From Planctomycetota bacterium (GTDB lineage Bacteria > Planctomycetota > PLA2 > JAEUHO01), in contig CBDCWP010000043.1 of NCBI GenBank assembly GCA_965223505.1, forward strand, positions 32,213-96,212: DNA of 64,000 nt, written 5' to 3'. This document shows, piece by piece, positions 9,585-19,818 of this stretch. Every line of letters begins with the position of its first letter. Within the stretch, counting starts at the first letter, position 1. The notes under the pieces are model-generated. The model was not told the origin of the DNA. It worked only from the letters and a program-made list of their open reading frames with translations, and searched no databases. A program made the translations under genes and the position numbers.

Positions 9585-11060
9585 CTACCTCATCGGAACC
9601 ACGATGTAGCGCGAACCCCGCTGATCCAGCACGCGCAACAGCACCTGCTTCAGCGTGCGATCCGCGGCGACGGCCTTGTGGAACGCCGCCGGGTCGTTGA
9701 CCGGCTGGCGATCGACCTCCAGGATCACCTGACCCGCCTCGAGCCCCACGAGCGCCGCCGGGCTCGCGGGTGTTACGCGACGGATGAGAACACCGCGCGT
9801 GATGTCCACGCCCAGCTGCTTCGCCGCCGTACGCGTCATCGGCTCGACCGAGATTCCGAGATCGGTTGCCGGCGTCGCAATGGCGGCGTCGCCTGCGCCC
9901 GAAAGCGCGGGACGCGTTCCGAGCGACACCGTCAGCGTGCGCCGCCCGCCGTTGCGAATGATCTCGAGCTCGACGTTCGAGCCCGGCTTGCGCAACGCGA
10001 TCTCGTTGCGAAGCATGCCGGAGTCACGGATGAGCATGTCGTCCAGGCCGATCACGATGTCGCCGGGCAGCACGCCGGCCTTCCCGGCAGGCGACCCTTC
10101 GTTCACGTCCGCGATGACGGCGCCGCGTGCCTCGTCGCTCCCGAAGGAGCTGGCCAGCTCCGGCGTCAGATCCTGGACCGTCACGCCCAGGAAGCCGCGC
10201 ACGACCGAGCCGCCGTCCTCGAGCTGCTTGCGGATCGCCTTGGCGAAGTTGATCGGAATCGCGAACCCGATGCCCATGTTGCCGCCGCTGCGGCTGTAGA
10301 TGGCCGCGTTGATGCCCACGACCTCTCCGTGCAGGTTGAGCAAGGGGCCGCCGGAGTTGCCCGGGTTGATCGCCGCGTCCGTCTGGATGAAGTTCTCGTA
10401 GTTCGCAAGGCCGACGTGCGTGCGTCCCTTCGCGCTGACGATGCCGGACGTCACCGTTTCGCTCAGCCCGAACGGGTTGCCGACCGCCACGACCAACTCG
10501 CCGACGCGCAGCCGGCTGCTGTCGCCCAGCGGGAGATGGGGCAGCTTCTCGCCCTCGATGCGAATCAAGGCGACGTCCGACTCGGGGTCGGCGCCGACGA
10601 GCTCCGCCTCCAGCTTGCGTCCGTCATGCAGCCGCACGTGGATGTGCTCGGCATCGTCGACCACGTGGTTGTTCGTCATGATCAAGCCGTCCGAAGACAC
10701 CAGGAAGCCCGAGCCCTGGCCCCGGCGAAATCGATGCGGGCTCGGCTGCGGCGTCGGCTGGTGCGGCAGCTTCTCGAAGAACCGTTCGAACGGGCTGTCA
10801 CGGAAGAAGTCGAACGGATCCTCCATCATGAACCGGTCGAGCGGCAGCGGCGTCTCGACCGCCTTCGACTCGACGCTCACGTACACGACGGCGGGAACGG
10901 CCTTCTCGGCGACGCGCGAGAAGCTCGCGCTCAGGGCCTGCGCGATGCTCAGATCCGACGACGCGCTTTCGTCATCCGTGCGGTCGTTGCCGAACGCAGG
11001 GACGGCGACGGCGAACAGCGCGATCAGGCCCGCGATCACGCCCAGGTTTCTGTACAACAT
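9585..11060 (-). CDS. degP: DegP/HtrA (Do family) periplasmic serine endopeptidase with two PDZ domains
   Basis: Signal peptide; trypsin-like catalytic motifs TNNHVV, D..LIRI, GNSGGPLLN; two PDZ-like regions. Confidence 0.85.
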   Translation of the reverse strand: MLYRNLGVIAGLIALFAVAVPAFGNDRTDDESASSDLSIAQALSASFSRVAEKAVPAVVYVSVESKAVETPLPLDRFMMEDPFDFFRDSPFERFFEKLPHQPTPQPSPHRFRRGQGSGFLVSSDGLIMTNNHVVDDAEHIHVRLHDGRKLEAELVGADPESDVALIRIEGEKLPHLPLGDSSRLRVGELVVAVGNPFGLSETVTSGIVSAKGRTHVGLANYENFIQTDAAINPGNSGGPLLNLHGEVVGINAAIYSRSGGNMGIGFAIPINFAKAIRKQLEDGGSVVRGFLGVTVQDLTPELASSFGSDEARGAVIADVNEGSPAGKAGVLPGDIVIGLDDMLIRDSGMLRNEIALRKPGSNVELEIIRNGGRRTLTVSLGTRPALSGAGDAAIATPATDLGISVEPMTRTAAKQLGVDITRGVLIRRVTPASPAALVGLEAGQVILEVDRQPVNDPAAFHKAVAADRTLKQVLLRVLDQRGSRYIVVPMR

Positions 11061-11192
11061 GGCATTACTCCTTTCTTTGTTGGGATGACGATGAAATGCG
11101 CACGTCCGCCGCGGTCGTGATCCACACGGGCGAGTGCGACGCCGGGCGAGCAGTTCGCGGCGAGACGTGCGCGGGTGTGCGGTGAGGGATGG

Positions 11193-11217
11193 GCGGCGGC
11201 AGTGACGGCGCCGCCGC
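11193..11217 (-). terminator. GC-rich hairpin downstream of Hsp20 gene
   Basis: GCGGCGGC-loop-GCCGCCGC inverted repeat 15-40 nt past the stop; no U-tract (common in high-GC genomes). Confidence 0.3.
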
Positions 11218-11231
11218 CGCGAGCAGGTTGC

Positions 11232-11699
11232 CTACTTGCCCTTGATCTCGATGCGCTTCGGCATCACCTCGGCGACCTTCGGCAGAACGATGTGCAGCTG
11301 GCCGTGCTCAGCGCTCGCCTTCACCTTGTCCCCGTCCACGGGAACGGGGAGGCGCAACGCGCGATGGAAGGCGCCGCCGGCGCGCTCGAAGCGGTACCAG
11401 CGGGTGTCGTCCTGCGCCTGCGGGCGCTCGCGCTGACCCGAGATCTCGAGCCGGTCCTTCTGGATCGAGAGGTCGATGTCCTTCGGGTCGATGCCGGGCA
11501 GATCGATGAGGACCTCGATCGCCTCGGGCGTCTCGACGACGTCCATCGGCGGGATCCAGGTTTCACTCGTCAATCCGGCACCCGTGCCGAGATCGAAAAG
11601 GCTGTCGAACAGACGGTTCACGCGCATGGGAACAGCGGCGAGACCGTTGCTGTCGCGTTTGGATGCGATCAGGTTCATCGGAGTCCTCCAATCTTGCAT
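11232..11699 (-). CDS. Hsp20/alpha-crystallin family small heat-shock protein
   Basis: PMDVVETPEAIEVLIDLPGIDPKDIDLSIQKDRLEISG...AFHRALRLP...HGQLHIVLPK; start Met ambiguous (11699 or 11678). Confidence 0.85.
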   Translation of the reverse strand: MQDWRTPMNLIASKRDSNGLAAVPMRVNRLFDSLFDLGTGAGLTSETWIPPMDVVETPEAIEVLIDLPGIDPKDIDLSIQKDRLEISGQRERPQAQDDTRWYRFERAGGAFHRALRLPVPVDGDKVKASAEHGQLHIVLPKVAEVMPKRIEIKGK

Positions 11700-11819
11700 G
11701 TTGGTTGTTCGATGGGCGGCGGGACCGGCCCGCCGAGAACCCGGCATCGCAACGAATGTGCCAGACACGGTCACGCCTCGTCCGATGCGTGCCGCTCGGA
11801 CGCGCGGACCGCACGGGAC

Positions 11820-11865
11820 TGTCAATCTGGCAAACCGGCGAATCCGGCGTCTGTCGATCTGGCAG
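11820..11865. repeat. direct repeat CTGTCaATCTGGCA / CTGTCgATCTGGCA (14 nt, 1 mismatch, 18 nt apart) upstream of Hsp20 gene
   Basis: Seen directly; positioned 120-170 nt upstream of the Hsp20 start, candidate regulator-binding sites. Confidence 0.35.
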
Positions 11866-11895
11866 ATGGGCGCTGCTGCCCCCGCTGCGCGCCCC

Positions 11896-12579
11896 TTACC
11901 CGGGCGTTGCGCCCCGCGCCTGCTTGAACGACGTCAGCCACGTGTACAGCGCGCCGCCCGGGCACTCCGTGGCCTTGAAGTCGCGGTGTCCGTGAAGCTC
12001 GCCGATCGGCACCCGGTACCGCGCGAGCTGCTGCGTCAGGAACAGCTCGACGGTCGCGAGCTGGCCGGCGGGGGGGAGCGCCTCCGTGAAGTCGCCGACC
12101 ACGCTGATGCCGAGGTTGTGCTCGTTGTTCGAGCCGCCGGCGTGCGCGCCCTGAACGCTCAAGAAGCGGCCTTCGTAGACGTTGCCGTCCCGGCCGATCA
12201 ACCAGTGGTAGCCGATGTCCGCCCAGCCGCGCAGGTTGCGGTGCAGGTTCTGCACGCCCTTGACCAACTCCAGGTCGGTCCGCGTCTGCATCTCCGGAAG
12301 CTCGGCGGTGTGGTGCAGCGTGATCCGTGAGATCCCGCCCATCGGGTCGTGGTTGTCCTTGAGCGACTCGGCGCCCCAGTCCGATCGCCGGAACACCCGG
12401 TATGTGGGCTTCGCCGGTGGGCGCGGCGGCTTCGGCGCCGACGCCGTGCGGACGGCGCGCGTGGGCGTGATGGGGATCGGCGCACAAGCGCCCATGGCGG
12501 CAGCGCCGGCCATCGCCAGCATCGCGCGCCGGGACAGTCCCCGCGGCGGGAACGCGTGTTCGGGAATCCGCTCGCACAT
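11896..12579 (-). CDS. N-acetylmuramoyl-L-alanine amidase (Amidase_2/PGRP domain), Tat/Sec-exported
   Basis: RRAMLAMAGAAAMGA signal; ITLHHTA, GYHWLIGRDGNVYEGR, HAGGSNNEHNLGISVVG, HGHRDF..TECPG amidase_2 motifs. Confidence 0.75.
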   Translation of the reverse strand: MCERIPEHAFPPRGLSRRAMLAMAGAAAMGACAPIPITPTRAVRTASAPKPPRPPAKPTYRVFRRSDWGAESLKDNHDPMGGISRITLHHTAELPEMQTRTDLELVKGVQNLHRNLRGWADIGYHWLIGRDGNVYEGRFLSVQGAHAGGSNNEHNLGISVVGDFTEALPPAGQLATVELFLTQQLARYRVPIGELHGHRDFKATECPGGALYTWLTSFKQARGATPG

Positions 12580-12673
12580 CGTGGCGCCACTGTCGCATCG
12601 GGGTGCGACGGGCGCGCGGAGCCCGGCGGCGAACGCCTCCGGGTGCTACGATCCTCACTTGGAGGACGCAGTG

Positions 12674-12751
12674 ATGAAGTTGCACGTTGTCCTGGTTGGT
12701 CTCGCCGTCCTCGCTGCGTCCCTGGGGGCCGGACCCAGCGCCGACGCCTGA
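12674..12751 (+). CDS. 25-aa signal-peptide-like mini-ORF (MKLHVVLVGLAVLAASLGAGPSADA) ending at a TGA that is in frame with the downstream HEAT-repeat gene
   Basis: GGAGG 8 nt upstream of ATG; same reading frame as 12770 ORF, separated by one TGA and 6 codons. Confidence 0.25.
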   Translation: MKLHVVLVGLAVLAASLGAGPSADA

Positions 12752-12769
12752 ATCCGTTGGAGGCGACCG

Positions 12770-14398
12770 ATGGGGCCCGTGCGGTCCCTGGAGAGCGAGC
12801 CGACGAGTACGAACGTCGACGCCACGACGTGGGAGTCGTGGTGGGAGCTCAACCGCATCGAGTACTTCGCTCGCAGCGACGCCGGCCGTCCCGTCGAGAC
12901 GGCGTCTCCCGACGCCGCCCTGCTCGACGGCAAGGCGATCGAGGACCGTGTCTGGCCGCACCTACTGAAGACCGCGAAGGGGAAGAACGTCTTCGTCGCC
13001 GAGGCCGCGCTCGTCGCTCTCGGTCGCGTCGCGACGACCGAGCCTCGGCGCGCCTCCGCACGAGGCGTTCTCCTGCAGAGCCTGTCCCATCGCAATCACT
13101 TGATCGCGAGGTGCTCCTCGATTGGTCTCCGGCATGTCGCCGACGATGCGTCGATCGAAGCGATGTTCGACGCCGTGACGAAGACGAAGCTGATGGACGT
13201 GAAGGCCTTCGTCGTCCTGGCTCTGGCGGCCCTCGAGCCGGAAGAGGCGGCTCCCGTTCTGCGCAAGCTCGCCGAGACCGCCGGGGCGTCACGGGAAGAG
13301 CAGGAGCTGGTTGCGGCGGCACTGATCGGACTCGCGATGTCAGGTGGGGGACGCGACGCGTCGGTGTATCTCGAGTCGTACGCGTTCGAACGCGAGAAGG
13401 TCGACGACAAGGTCCGCGCCGTCGCCGTCGAGGCGCTGGGCCGGCTTACGGATCCGACGCTCGTGGCGAAGCCGCTTCTTCGCGCGCTCGACGATCCGTG
13501 CGTCGAAGTGCGTCGCGCCGGCGCCGTGGCACTCGGCCGGCTTGCGTTCGAAGCGAGCGACGCGACCGAGTTGAAGTCCGTTCGGGCTCGACTTGCCGGC
13601 GTGCTCGACGACGACGCCGATGCGTTCGCTCGTCGGATGGCCGCGATCAGTCTCGGTCGACTGGCGGGCGTCGGCGACGGTGGCGAAGCGAGCGTTGCCG
13701 TGTTGAAGAAGACGTTGGCGGAAGGGCAAGTCGGCATGCGCGAGTACGCGTTGCTGGCCCTCGCACTCGCGGGTGCCCCCGACGTCGTCGATCTCGCTAC
13801 GAAGTCGCTCCTCAGCGCGAACCCCTCGACCAGAAGCGCCGCGTCGATCGCCCTCGGCCTCGCTGGGATGCGTGGCCGCAAGGTGGGGCGCCTCGACGCG
13901 AAAGCCGTCCAGCGGGCGGATCAGCGGCTAGGTCAAGTGCTTGCCGAGGAACTCCATCCACATGTTCGCGCGTATGCCGCTCTCGCGACCGGCATGATCG
14001 GCGGACCGAGTAGCGCGGGCCGCATCAAGCAGGCTATGCGCAAGGCCGAGACGCCCGAGGAGCGCGCCTACGGCTTGCTGGCACTGGCGCTGACCGCGGA
14101 TCGGGATGCCGCCGACGAGGTTCTGAAGTACATGCGTCCCGAGATGATGCGCAACGGCTTCGTAGCTTCCCATGCGATCTACGCACTGGGGCTGACCAAG
14201 GACCGGCGCGCGAGTGTGTTCGACGCGCTCATGGAGCGCGCGACAAATCCCTCCGACATGTACGTGCAGGCCGCGTCGATCACGGCGCTCGGCTACCTCG
14301 CGAGCCGCGAGCGTTATCCGCAACGGCATCTTGTTGGCGCGGGGTACAGCTACACGCTCTGGTTCGACGTTCTCGATGTCTACTTCTACATGATCTGA
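12770..14398 (+). CDS. HEAT-repeat (PBS lyase-like) protein
   Basis: Repeated VRxxAVEALGRL / VRRAGAVALGRLA / RRMAAISLGRLAG / TRSAASIALGLAG HEAT-like units; GGAGG RBS. Confidence 0.7.
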   Translation: MGPVRSLESEPTSTNVDATTWESWWELNRIEYFARSDAGRPVETASPDAALLDGKAIEDRVWPHLLKTAKGKNVFVAEAALVALGRVATTEPRRASARGVLLQSLSHRNHLIARCSSIGLRHVADDASIEAMFDAVTKTKLMDVKAFVVLALAALEPEEAAPVLRKLAETAGASREEQELVAAALIGLAMSGGGRDASVYLESYAFEREKVDDKVRAVAVEALGRLTDPTLVAKPLLRALDDPCVEVRRAGAVALGRLAFEASDATELKSVRARLAGVLDDDADAFARRMAAISLGRLAGVGDGGEASVAVLKKTLAEGQVGMREYALLALALAGAPDVVDLATKSLLSANPSTRSAASIALGLAGMRGRKVGRLDAKAVQRADQRLGQVLAEELHPHVRAYAALATGMIGGPSSAGRIKQAMRKAETPEERAYGLLALALTADRDAADEVLKYMRPEMMRNGFVASHAIYALGLTKDRRASVFDALMERATNPSDMYVQAASITALGYLASRERYPQRHLVGAGYSYTLWFDVLDVYFYMI

Positions 14399-14580
14399 GC
14401 GCGAGAGTGGCGCGGGCGAGCGCGGTCGGGCCAGTGATCGTGCTTGCCCTCGTCCTACTCCATCGCGCGCACGCGGTACACACGGGCCAGCTCCGAGAGG
14501 CTGCAACTGGATCCCGACCCGGCGGTCCTTCGGCGCGCGGATCACCGCGTTCGGCCGTTCGTTTCGGGTAGAACGTCGCC

Positions 14581-15726
14581 GTGGAAGCCCCCGCCGACGT
14601 TTCGCTCCGTACACGGCTCGACGCCTCCGACGTGGACTGGATCGTCGAGCGGCACGGCGCGTTTCACTGCAAGGAGCTCGGGTTCGACGCGTCGTTCCTG
14701 GACTACGTCGAACGTCCGCTGCGCGAGGCCCTCGAGCGCGCCGAGCCGAACGACCGCGTCTGGATCGCGGAGCTGGCGGGCGACCGGGTCGGCTCGATCG
14801 CCATGATCGCGAGCGACGCTCACACCGTGCAGCTTCGCTGGTTCCTCGTCGAAGCCTCGGTGCGCCGGCGCGGGATCGGTACGACGCTGCTCGAAGCGGC
14901 GCTTGGCTTCGCGCGCGAGCGCGGGTTCGCACGAGTGATGCTGTGGACGGTGCGCGCGTTGACGGACGCCGCTCGCCTGTACGAACGACACGGATTGCGT
15001 CCGACGCTCATTCGATCCGGGCGGCAGTGGGGCGTCGACGTCGTCGAGGAGCGGTACGACCTCGAGCTCGACGAGCGCGCCGTGCTCGACCGCGCCGAGA
15101 TGGAGAGCGTTGCGCGGGGTTGGGGCCGCGTCGCGGACGCGTACGTCGAGGAGCTGTTCGACGAGCTCGAGCGAAAGCCCGCCGATCGCGAGCTGCTCGC
15201 CAGGTTCGCCGGCCGCGTGGAGCCGGGTGCGCTGGTGGGGGACGTGGGCTGCGGCCCCGGGCACGTTGCCAAGTTCCTGGCGGCGCAAGGGCTGCGAATG
15301 CAGGGCATCGACCTGTGTCCGGAGATGGTTGCCAAGGCCCGAGCGCTCGTTCCCGAAGCAGCGTTTCTTCAGGGCAACATGCTCGCGCTCGATCTGCCGC
15401 CCGGGACGTGGGGCGGATGCATCGCCTTCTATTCACTCATGAACCTCGTGCGCGACGACGTGTCCGTCGCATTGACCGAGATCGCCCGCGTCATGAGCGC
15501 CGGCGCGCCGTTGGCGGTCGCGGTACACCGCGGACGCAACGAGGTCCGGGTGGACGGGATCTTGGGGCGGCCGCTGCCGATGGTGGCGACGCTGTTCGAG
15601 CCCGACGAGCTCGCGGCGCTCGTCGCCGACACCGGATTCACCGACATCGAAACGCGCTGCAGGCCGCCGTACGAATCGGAGTACCCGAGCGAGCGTCTCT
15701 ACGTGCTGGCGCGGCGGTCCTCCTAG
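14581..15726 (+). CDS. bifunctional GNAT N-acetyltransferase / class I SAM-dependent methyltransferase fusion protein
   Basis: N-term GNAT core (VQLRWFLVEASVRRRGIGTTLLEAALGFARERG); C-term MTase motif I LVGDVGCGPGHVAKFLAAQG ... IDLCPEMV; GTG start. Confidence 0.75.
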   Translation: MEAPADVSLRTRLDASDVDWIVERHGAFHCKELGFDASFLDYVERPLREALERAEPNDRVWIAELAGDRVGSIAMIASDAHTVQLRWFLVEASVRRRGIGTTLLEAALGFARERGFARVMLWTVRALTDAARLYERHGLRPTLIRSGRQWGVDVVEERYDLELDERAVLDRAEMESVARGWGRVADAYVEELFDELERKPADRELLARFAGRVEPGALVGDVGCGPGHVAKFLAAQGLRMQGIDLCPEMVAKARALVPEAAFLQGNMLALDLPPGTWGGCIAFYSLMNLVRDDVSVALTEIARVMSAGAPLAVAVHRGRNEVRVDGILGRPLPMVATLFEPDELAALVADTGFTDIETRCRPPYESEYPSERLYVLARRSS

Positions 15727-16949
15727 AGCTCGCAACAACCGAGGTCGGACGGGAGGCCCGGGTCGCGCGGCAGGAACCGCAGGTCGACCACCATCGGGAC
15801 GCCCTCGGGGTTCGGGTTCAGGCCCGCCGGTACGGCGTCCACGCACGGACTCGCCGGGAGCGGCAAGCGTACGACGCGGCCGTCCGGAAGCGTGAACGGC
15901 GCCAGCAACATCGCGTCGATCGGCGCCGCGTCGGTACCCACCTGATTGCCTTCCACGCCGTCTTCGAAGTGGATGAAGCCCTCGTATCGGCTGATCAGGT
16001 TGTTCGATCCCGACGCCGTCGCGAGACCGAAGAAGGACAGGTCGTGCGAAACGAACGCCGTGTTCTCCGCCACCACGCACCGCTGCAGCTCCACGTGCGC
16101 CGGGACGTCGAACGCCTGGACCCGGATCGCGCCGCCCACGTCGCCCACGTCGTTGTCGGTGAACGTGCAGTTGAACGCCCGTAGCGTGGTCGGGTCGGAC
16201 GCGGCATTCGTCTCGATCCCGATTGCGCCGCCCCACGAGAACGCGTCGAAGCACTCGTTCAGGTGGAACGCGCAGTTGACCAACGTCATCAGGCCGCTCG
16301 AGTGAGCGACCGCGCCGCCGACGAAGTGCGCCTCGTTCGTGTAGAAGGCCGTGCGCTCGATGCGTACCGTGCTGCGAACCGTCGTGATCGCGCCGCCGTA
16401 GTCGGAACAGTTGTGGACGAAGTTCGCGTCGTTGATCCAGAGCGGTGCGTCCTGGACGTAGATCGCGCCGCCCGACTCGCTCGCATCGCAGTCGGTGCAC
16501 TCGACGCGCCATAGCACGACCGGGCCCTCGAACGACGCCACGGCCCCGCCCAGGTTCGAGTCGCCCTGCACGAGCTCGAGGTCGTTGAGCTGCAGCGCGC
16601 CCATCGGCAGCACGCCGAAGATGCCCGTCGCGTTCTGCCCCGAGATCTCGTGACGAAGGCCGTCGCCGCTCAGGCCGCCGATCGTCAGGACCTTGTCGAT
16701 CACCAGGATGGAGTTGAGCTGGATCGAGCCGGTCGCGAGTCCCGGGTCGAACACGATCCACGCGCCGCTGGGGGCATCGTCGATGGCCTGACGCAACGAC
16801 CCCGGTCCCGCGTCGTTGTGGTTCGTGACCTCGATGACGTCCGTCGGGGGCTGCCCGAGCCCGATCACGGGCGCGACGAATCCGCCGCCGCCTCCGCCGC
16901 ACGCGGCAAGGAACAGGACGCTGAACAGTGCGAGAACTCGTACGGACAT
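15723..16949 (-). CDS. lipoprotein with right-handed parallel beta-helix repeats (CSLREA-like N-terminal motif GPGSLRQAI); paralog of 37840..39066
   Basis: Lipobox LFLAAC; repeated GGAI/N..F..N blocks; 408 aa, same length and architecture as second copy. Confidence 0.7.
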   Translation of the reverse strand: MSVRVLALFSVLFLAACGGGGGGFVAPVIGLGQPPTDVIEVTNHNDAGPGSLRQAIDDAPSGAWIVFDPGLATGSIQLNSILVIDKVLTIGGLSGDGLRHEISGQNATGIFGVLPMGALQLNDLELVQGDSNLGGAVASFEGPVVLWRVECTDCDASESGGAIYVQDAPLWINDANFVHNCSDYGGAITTVRSTVRIERTAFYTNEAHFVGGAVAHSSGLMTLVNCAFHLNECFDAFSWGGAIGIETNAASDPTTLRAFNCTFTDNDVGDVGGAIRVQAFDVPAHVELQRCVVAENTAFVSHDLSFFGLATASGSNNLISRYEGFIHFEDGVEGNQVGTDAAPIDAMLLAPFTLPDGRVVRLPLPASPCVDAVPAGLNPNPEGVPMVVDLRFLPRDPGLPSDLGCCEL

Positions 16950-17036
16950 CGGTGGGCTCCCGTGCCCGAAACGAGCACTTGCCCAGTAGTCGCGGCGCCG
17001 CCGTCGAATTGCCGCCGGTTCTCGACGGTCGACCGT

Positions 17037-18371
17037 TTACCGCAGCAGGTCGCGGATGCGCTTCAACCAGGCGTCTTCGACCTTCTGCTGCTGTGGGTTC
17101 GGCCTCGAGGTCGGCGACGCCAGCGCGCGGTTCGTGAAGCCCTCGGCGTCGAACGCACCGACGACGCGTTGGGCGGCCGCCTCGCCGGCAGCCGCGCGCA
17201 GCGCGGAGAGCTGCGCGGCGCCGGTTTCGCCGGCCTCGCCGTTGCGGCCCAGCCAAAGGACCGACCCGCCGCGCTTCAGGTGCGCCACGAGCTTCGCGCG
17301 CACGGATGCCGAAAGCGCGGTTTCGCGCGGCGCGACGACGACGAGGTCGAACGCGCCGTCGATCACCGTGTGCGCGAACGTGTCCACGTGACGCGCCAGC
17401 GCGACGAACGCGTTGAACAGACCACTCGGCGCGTCGCTGCCGAACGCCATGCGCGCGCGATCCTCGAGCAACAGCACCCGCGGCGACGTCGTCGGAGCGG
17501 GGAGCGCTCCCACCCCACCGTTTGCCAGCCACGACATCACGTTGTGGAACAGCCGGCGGTTGTCGCCGTAGCGAATCCAGACGTCGCCGAAGACGTTCTG
17601 ATCGCCCACGACGACGATGCGTCCCTTGCCGAGTCGGCGCGCGCTGACGACGGCCAACCGGCCCTTGCGTTCGTCCTTGTCCAACTCGAAGTTCCCGTAG
17701 TTGCCCAGATTGCCGCTTCGAAGTGCGTTCTCCCCGAACGGGCTCGTCGCCCACCGATCGCCCCATCCGCCCTTGGACAGCGTCGCGACCGCGCCGCGAT
17801 CGTCTACCGGTCCGCCGGTTTGAAACGAGATCCAGCGCAGCCCGGTCGTGATCGGGTGCTTCTCGAAGTGGTCCACCACGATCCAACCTGGGCCCGAGCC
17901 CAACGCTCTCGGCGCGACCTCGAGCGCGCTCTCCTTGAAGAGGCGTAGTTCCAACGCCTCCGCCAGCGGCTCGAGCTCGTTGACGTGGTGGTAGCAGTTC
18001 GAGTGATCGGTGATCAAGAGCAAGGCGCCGCCGCGCGTCACGAACGATCGAATCGACGCGATCTCTCCGGGAAAGAACGCCGGCAGGTCCGACGAAACCA
18101 GGTTGAGGTAGAGCACGTCCGTGCCGGAAAGGACTTCGGTGTCCACGCGCCCGCTTCGAACCTCGGTCAGCTTCGCCCCGCGCGCCTGCAACTCGTGCAG
18201 CGCCCGGCGCGGACCGTGAAGCTCGTGGTAGTCGTACACGCCCGGCGACAACCCGCGCTCGATGTGGTTGTGGGCGTGCACGCTGTCGAGCAGGATCGTC
18301 TCCGCGTCCCCGGCACGAAGCGGAAGCGCGACGCACGCAAGGAACGCCAGGACGACGACGCCGCGGCTCAA
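17037..18371 (-). CDS. secreted hypothetical protein (DUF4350/GldG-N-like); probable TTG start overlapping ALDH stop
   Basis: C-terminal two-thirds of the long artefactual ORF only; signal peptide SRGVVVLAFLACVALPLRAG directly after a TTG that overlaps the upstream TGA (cTTGAgc). Confidence 0.5.
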   Translation of the reverse strand: MSRGVVVLAFLACVALPLRAGDAETILLDSVHAHNHIERGLSPGVYDYHELHGPRRALHELQARGAKLTEVRSGRVDTEVLSGTDVLYLNLVSSDLPAFFPGEIASIRSFVTRGGALLLITDHSNCYHHVNELEPLAEALELRLFKESALEVAPRALGSGPGWIVVDHFEKHPITTGLRWISFQTGGPVDDRGAVATLSKGGWGDRWATSPFGENALRSGNLGNYGNFELDKDERKGRLAVVSARRLGKGRIVVVGDQNVFGDVWIRYGDNRRLFHNVMSWLANGGVGALPAPTTSPRVLLLEDRARMAFGSDAPSGLFNAFVALARHVDTFAHTVIDGAFDLVVVAPRETALSASVRAKLVAHLKRGGSVLWLGRNGEAGETGAAQLSALRAAAGEAAAQRVVGAFDAEGFTNRALASPTSRPNPQQQKVEDAWLKRIRDLLR

Positions 18372-19807
18372 AGCTCGAGCGACCGGAACACGCGCAGCTT
18401 CTCGACCTGCATGTCGTGCATGGTGTAGGGGATGCCGCCGATGCCGTACCCGGACTCGCGCAAGCCCGCGAACGGCATCCAGTCCACGCGAAACGCCGTG
18501 TGGTCGTTGACCATCACCGCCGCCGCGTCGAGGTGCTTCGTCGCCCGCCACGCGGTGTCGAGATCGCGCGTGAACACCGCTGCCTGAAAGCTGAAGGGCA
18601 CGTCGTTCGCGCGTCGAATCGCGTCGTCGACGTCGTCGTAGGCGTACACGCAGACGACCGGGCCGAAGATCTCCTCGCGGCTTACCTTCGCGTCGGTTGG
18701 TGGCTCGCGCAGGACGGTCGCGGCGTACGTCGTCTCCGAGAGCGGCTCGCCGCCGCAGAGCACCTCCGCGCCGCCCCGCTCGGCCTCGGTCACCCACTCG
18801 TGCACGCGCTCGACCTCGCCGGGGCGAATGAGCGGGCCGATGTCCGTCTCGGCGTCGGTCGGGTCGCCGACGACGAGGTCGCCCGCTGCCGCGGCAAGTC
18901 GCGCCGCCACGTCGTCGGCGATCGAGCGGTGTGCGAACACGCGCTGCACGGACACGCACACCTGTCCCGCGTGGTAGAGCCCGCCCTTCGCAAGCAGCGG
19001 CACAGCGTCGTCGAGGTCGGCGTCCGCCGCGACGATGACCGGCGCCGCGCCGCCGTGCTCGAGCGCGCAGCGCGTGCCCGGCGCGAGCTTGGAGCGCAGC
19101 GACCAGCCCACGCGACCGCTGCCGATGAAGCTGAAGAACGCCACACGCTCGTCGGCGACGAGCTTCTCGGACACGTCGTGCCCGGTCGTGAGCAGCGCCT
19201 GCACCCATCCGTCCGGCAGACCCGCTTCTTGCAGCAGGCCGACGAAGCGCATGCAGGAGAGCGGCGTGGCCTCCGCCGGCTTCACGATGACGGGGCAACC
19301 GACCGCCACCGCCGGCCCGACCTGATGCACGATCAGGTTCAGCGGGTGATTGAACGCGCTGAACGCGACGACGACGCCGATCGGCTCCGGACTCGTGAAG
19401 GCCATGCGATTCGCCGACGCGGCGTTGATGCGCATCGGGATCTCGCGCCCGCCCCGCGTTCGCAGGTGCTCGACGCACTCCTTGACCCCGTCGATCGCGC
19501 GATCGACTTCGACGAGCGAGTCCTTCAGCGGCTTCCCGCCCTCCCGGGCGGCCTCGACGGCCAGCCATTCGCGCCGCTCGGTCATCAGGACGGCGGTGCG
19601 TTCGAGAATCGCGACGCGTTCGGCCACCGGTAGCAACGCGTCGCGGTCCCGATGTAGCGCGTGCGCCGTAGAGAGTGCCTGCTCGACGGCGGCTTGGTCC
19701 GCTTGCGCGACCCGGGCAATCGGCGAGCGATCGAAGGGCGCGAAGATCTCGGCGTGCTCGGAAGCCGGCGTCGCGCCCGGCACGATCAGCGGCCAAACGT
19801 CAGACAT
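18368..19807 (-). CDS. NAD(P)-dependent aldehyde dehydrogenase
   Basis: ALDH family length and motifs (FTGS-like FIGSGRVGW, ALEHGGAAPVIV, catalytic Cys region VCVSVQRVF). Confidence 0.85.
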   Translation of the reverse strand: MSDVWPLIVPGATPASEHAEIFAPFDRSPIARVAQADQAAVEQALSTAHALHRDRDALLPVAERVAILERTAVLMTERREWLAVEAAREGGKPLKDSLVEVDRAIDGVKECVEHLRTRGGREIPMRINAASANRMAFTSPEPIGVVVAFSAFNHPLNLIVHQVGPAVAVGCPVIVKPAEATPLSCMRFVGLLQEAGLPDGWVQALLTTGHDVSEKLVADERVAFFSFIGSGRVGWSLRSKLAPGTRCALEHGGAAPVIVAADADLDDAVPLLAKGGLYHAGQVCVSVQRVFAHRSIADDVAARLAAAAGDLVVGDPTDAETDIGPLIRPGEVERVHEWVTEAERGGAEVLCGGEPLSETTYAATVLREPPTDAKVSREEIFGPVVCVYAYDDVDDAIRRANDVPFSFQAAVFTRDLDTAWRATKHLDAAAVMVNDHTAFRVDWMPFAGLRESGYGIGGIPYTMHDMQVEKLRVFRSLEL

Positions 19808-19818
19808 GCGGTGTCCTC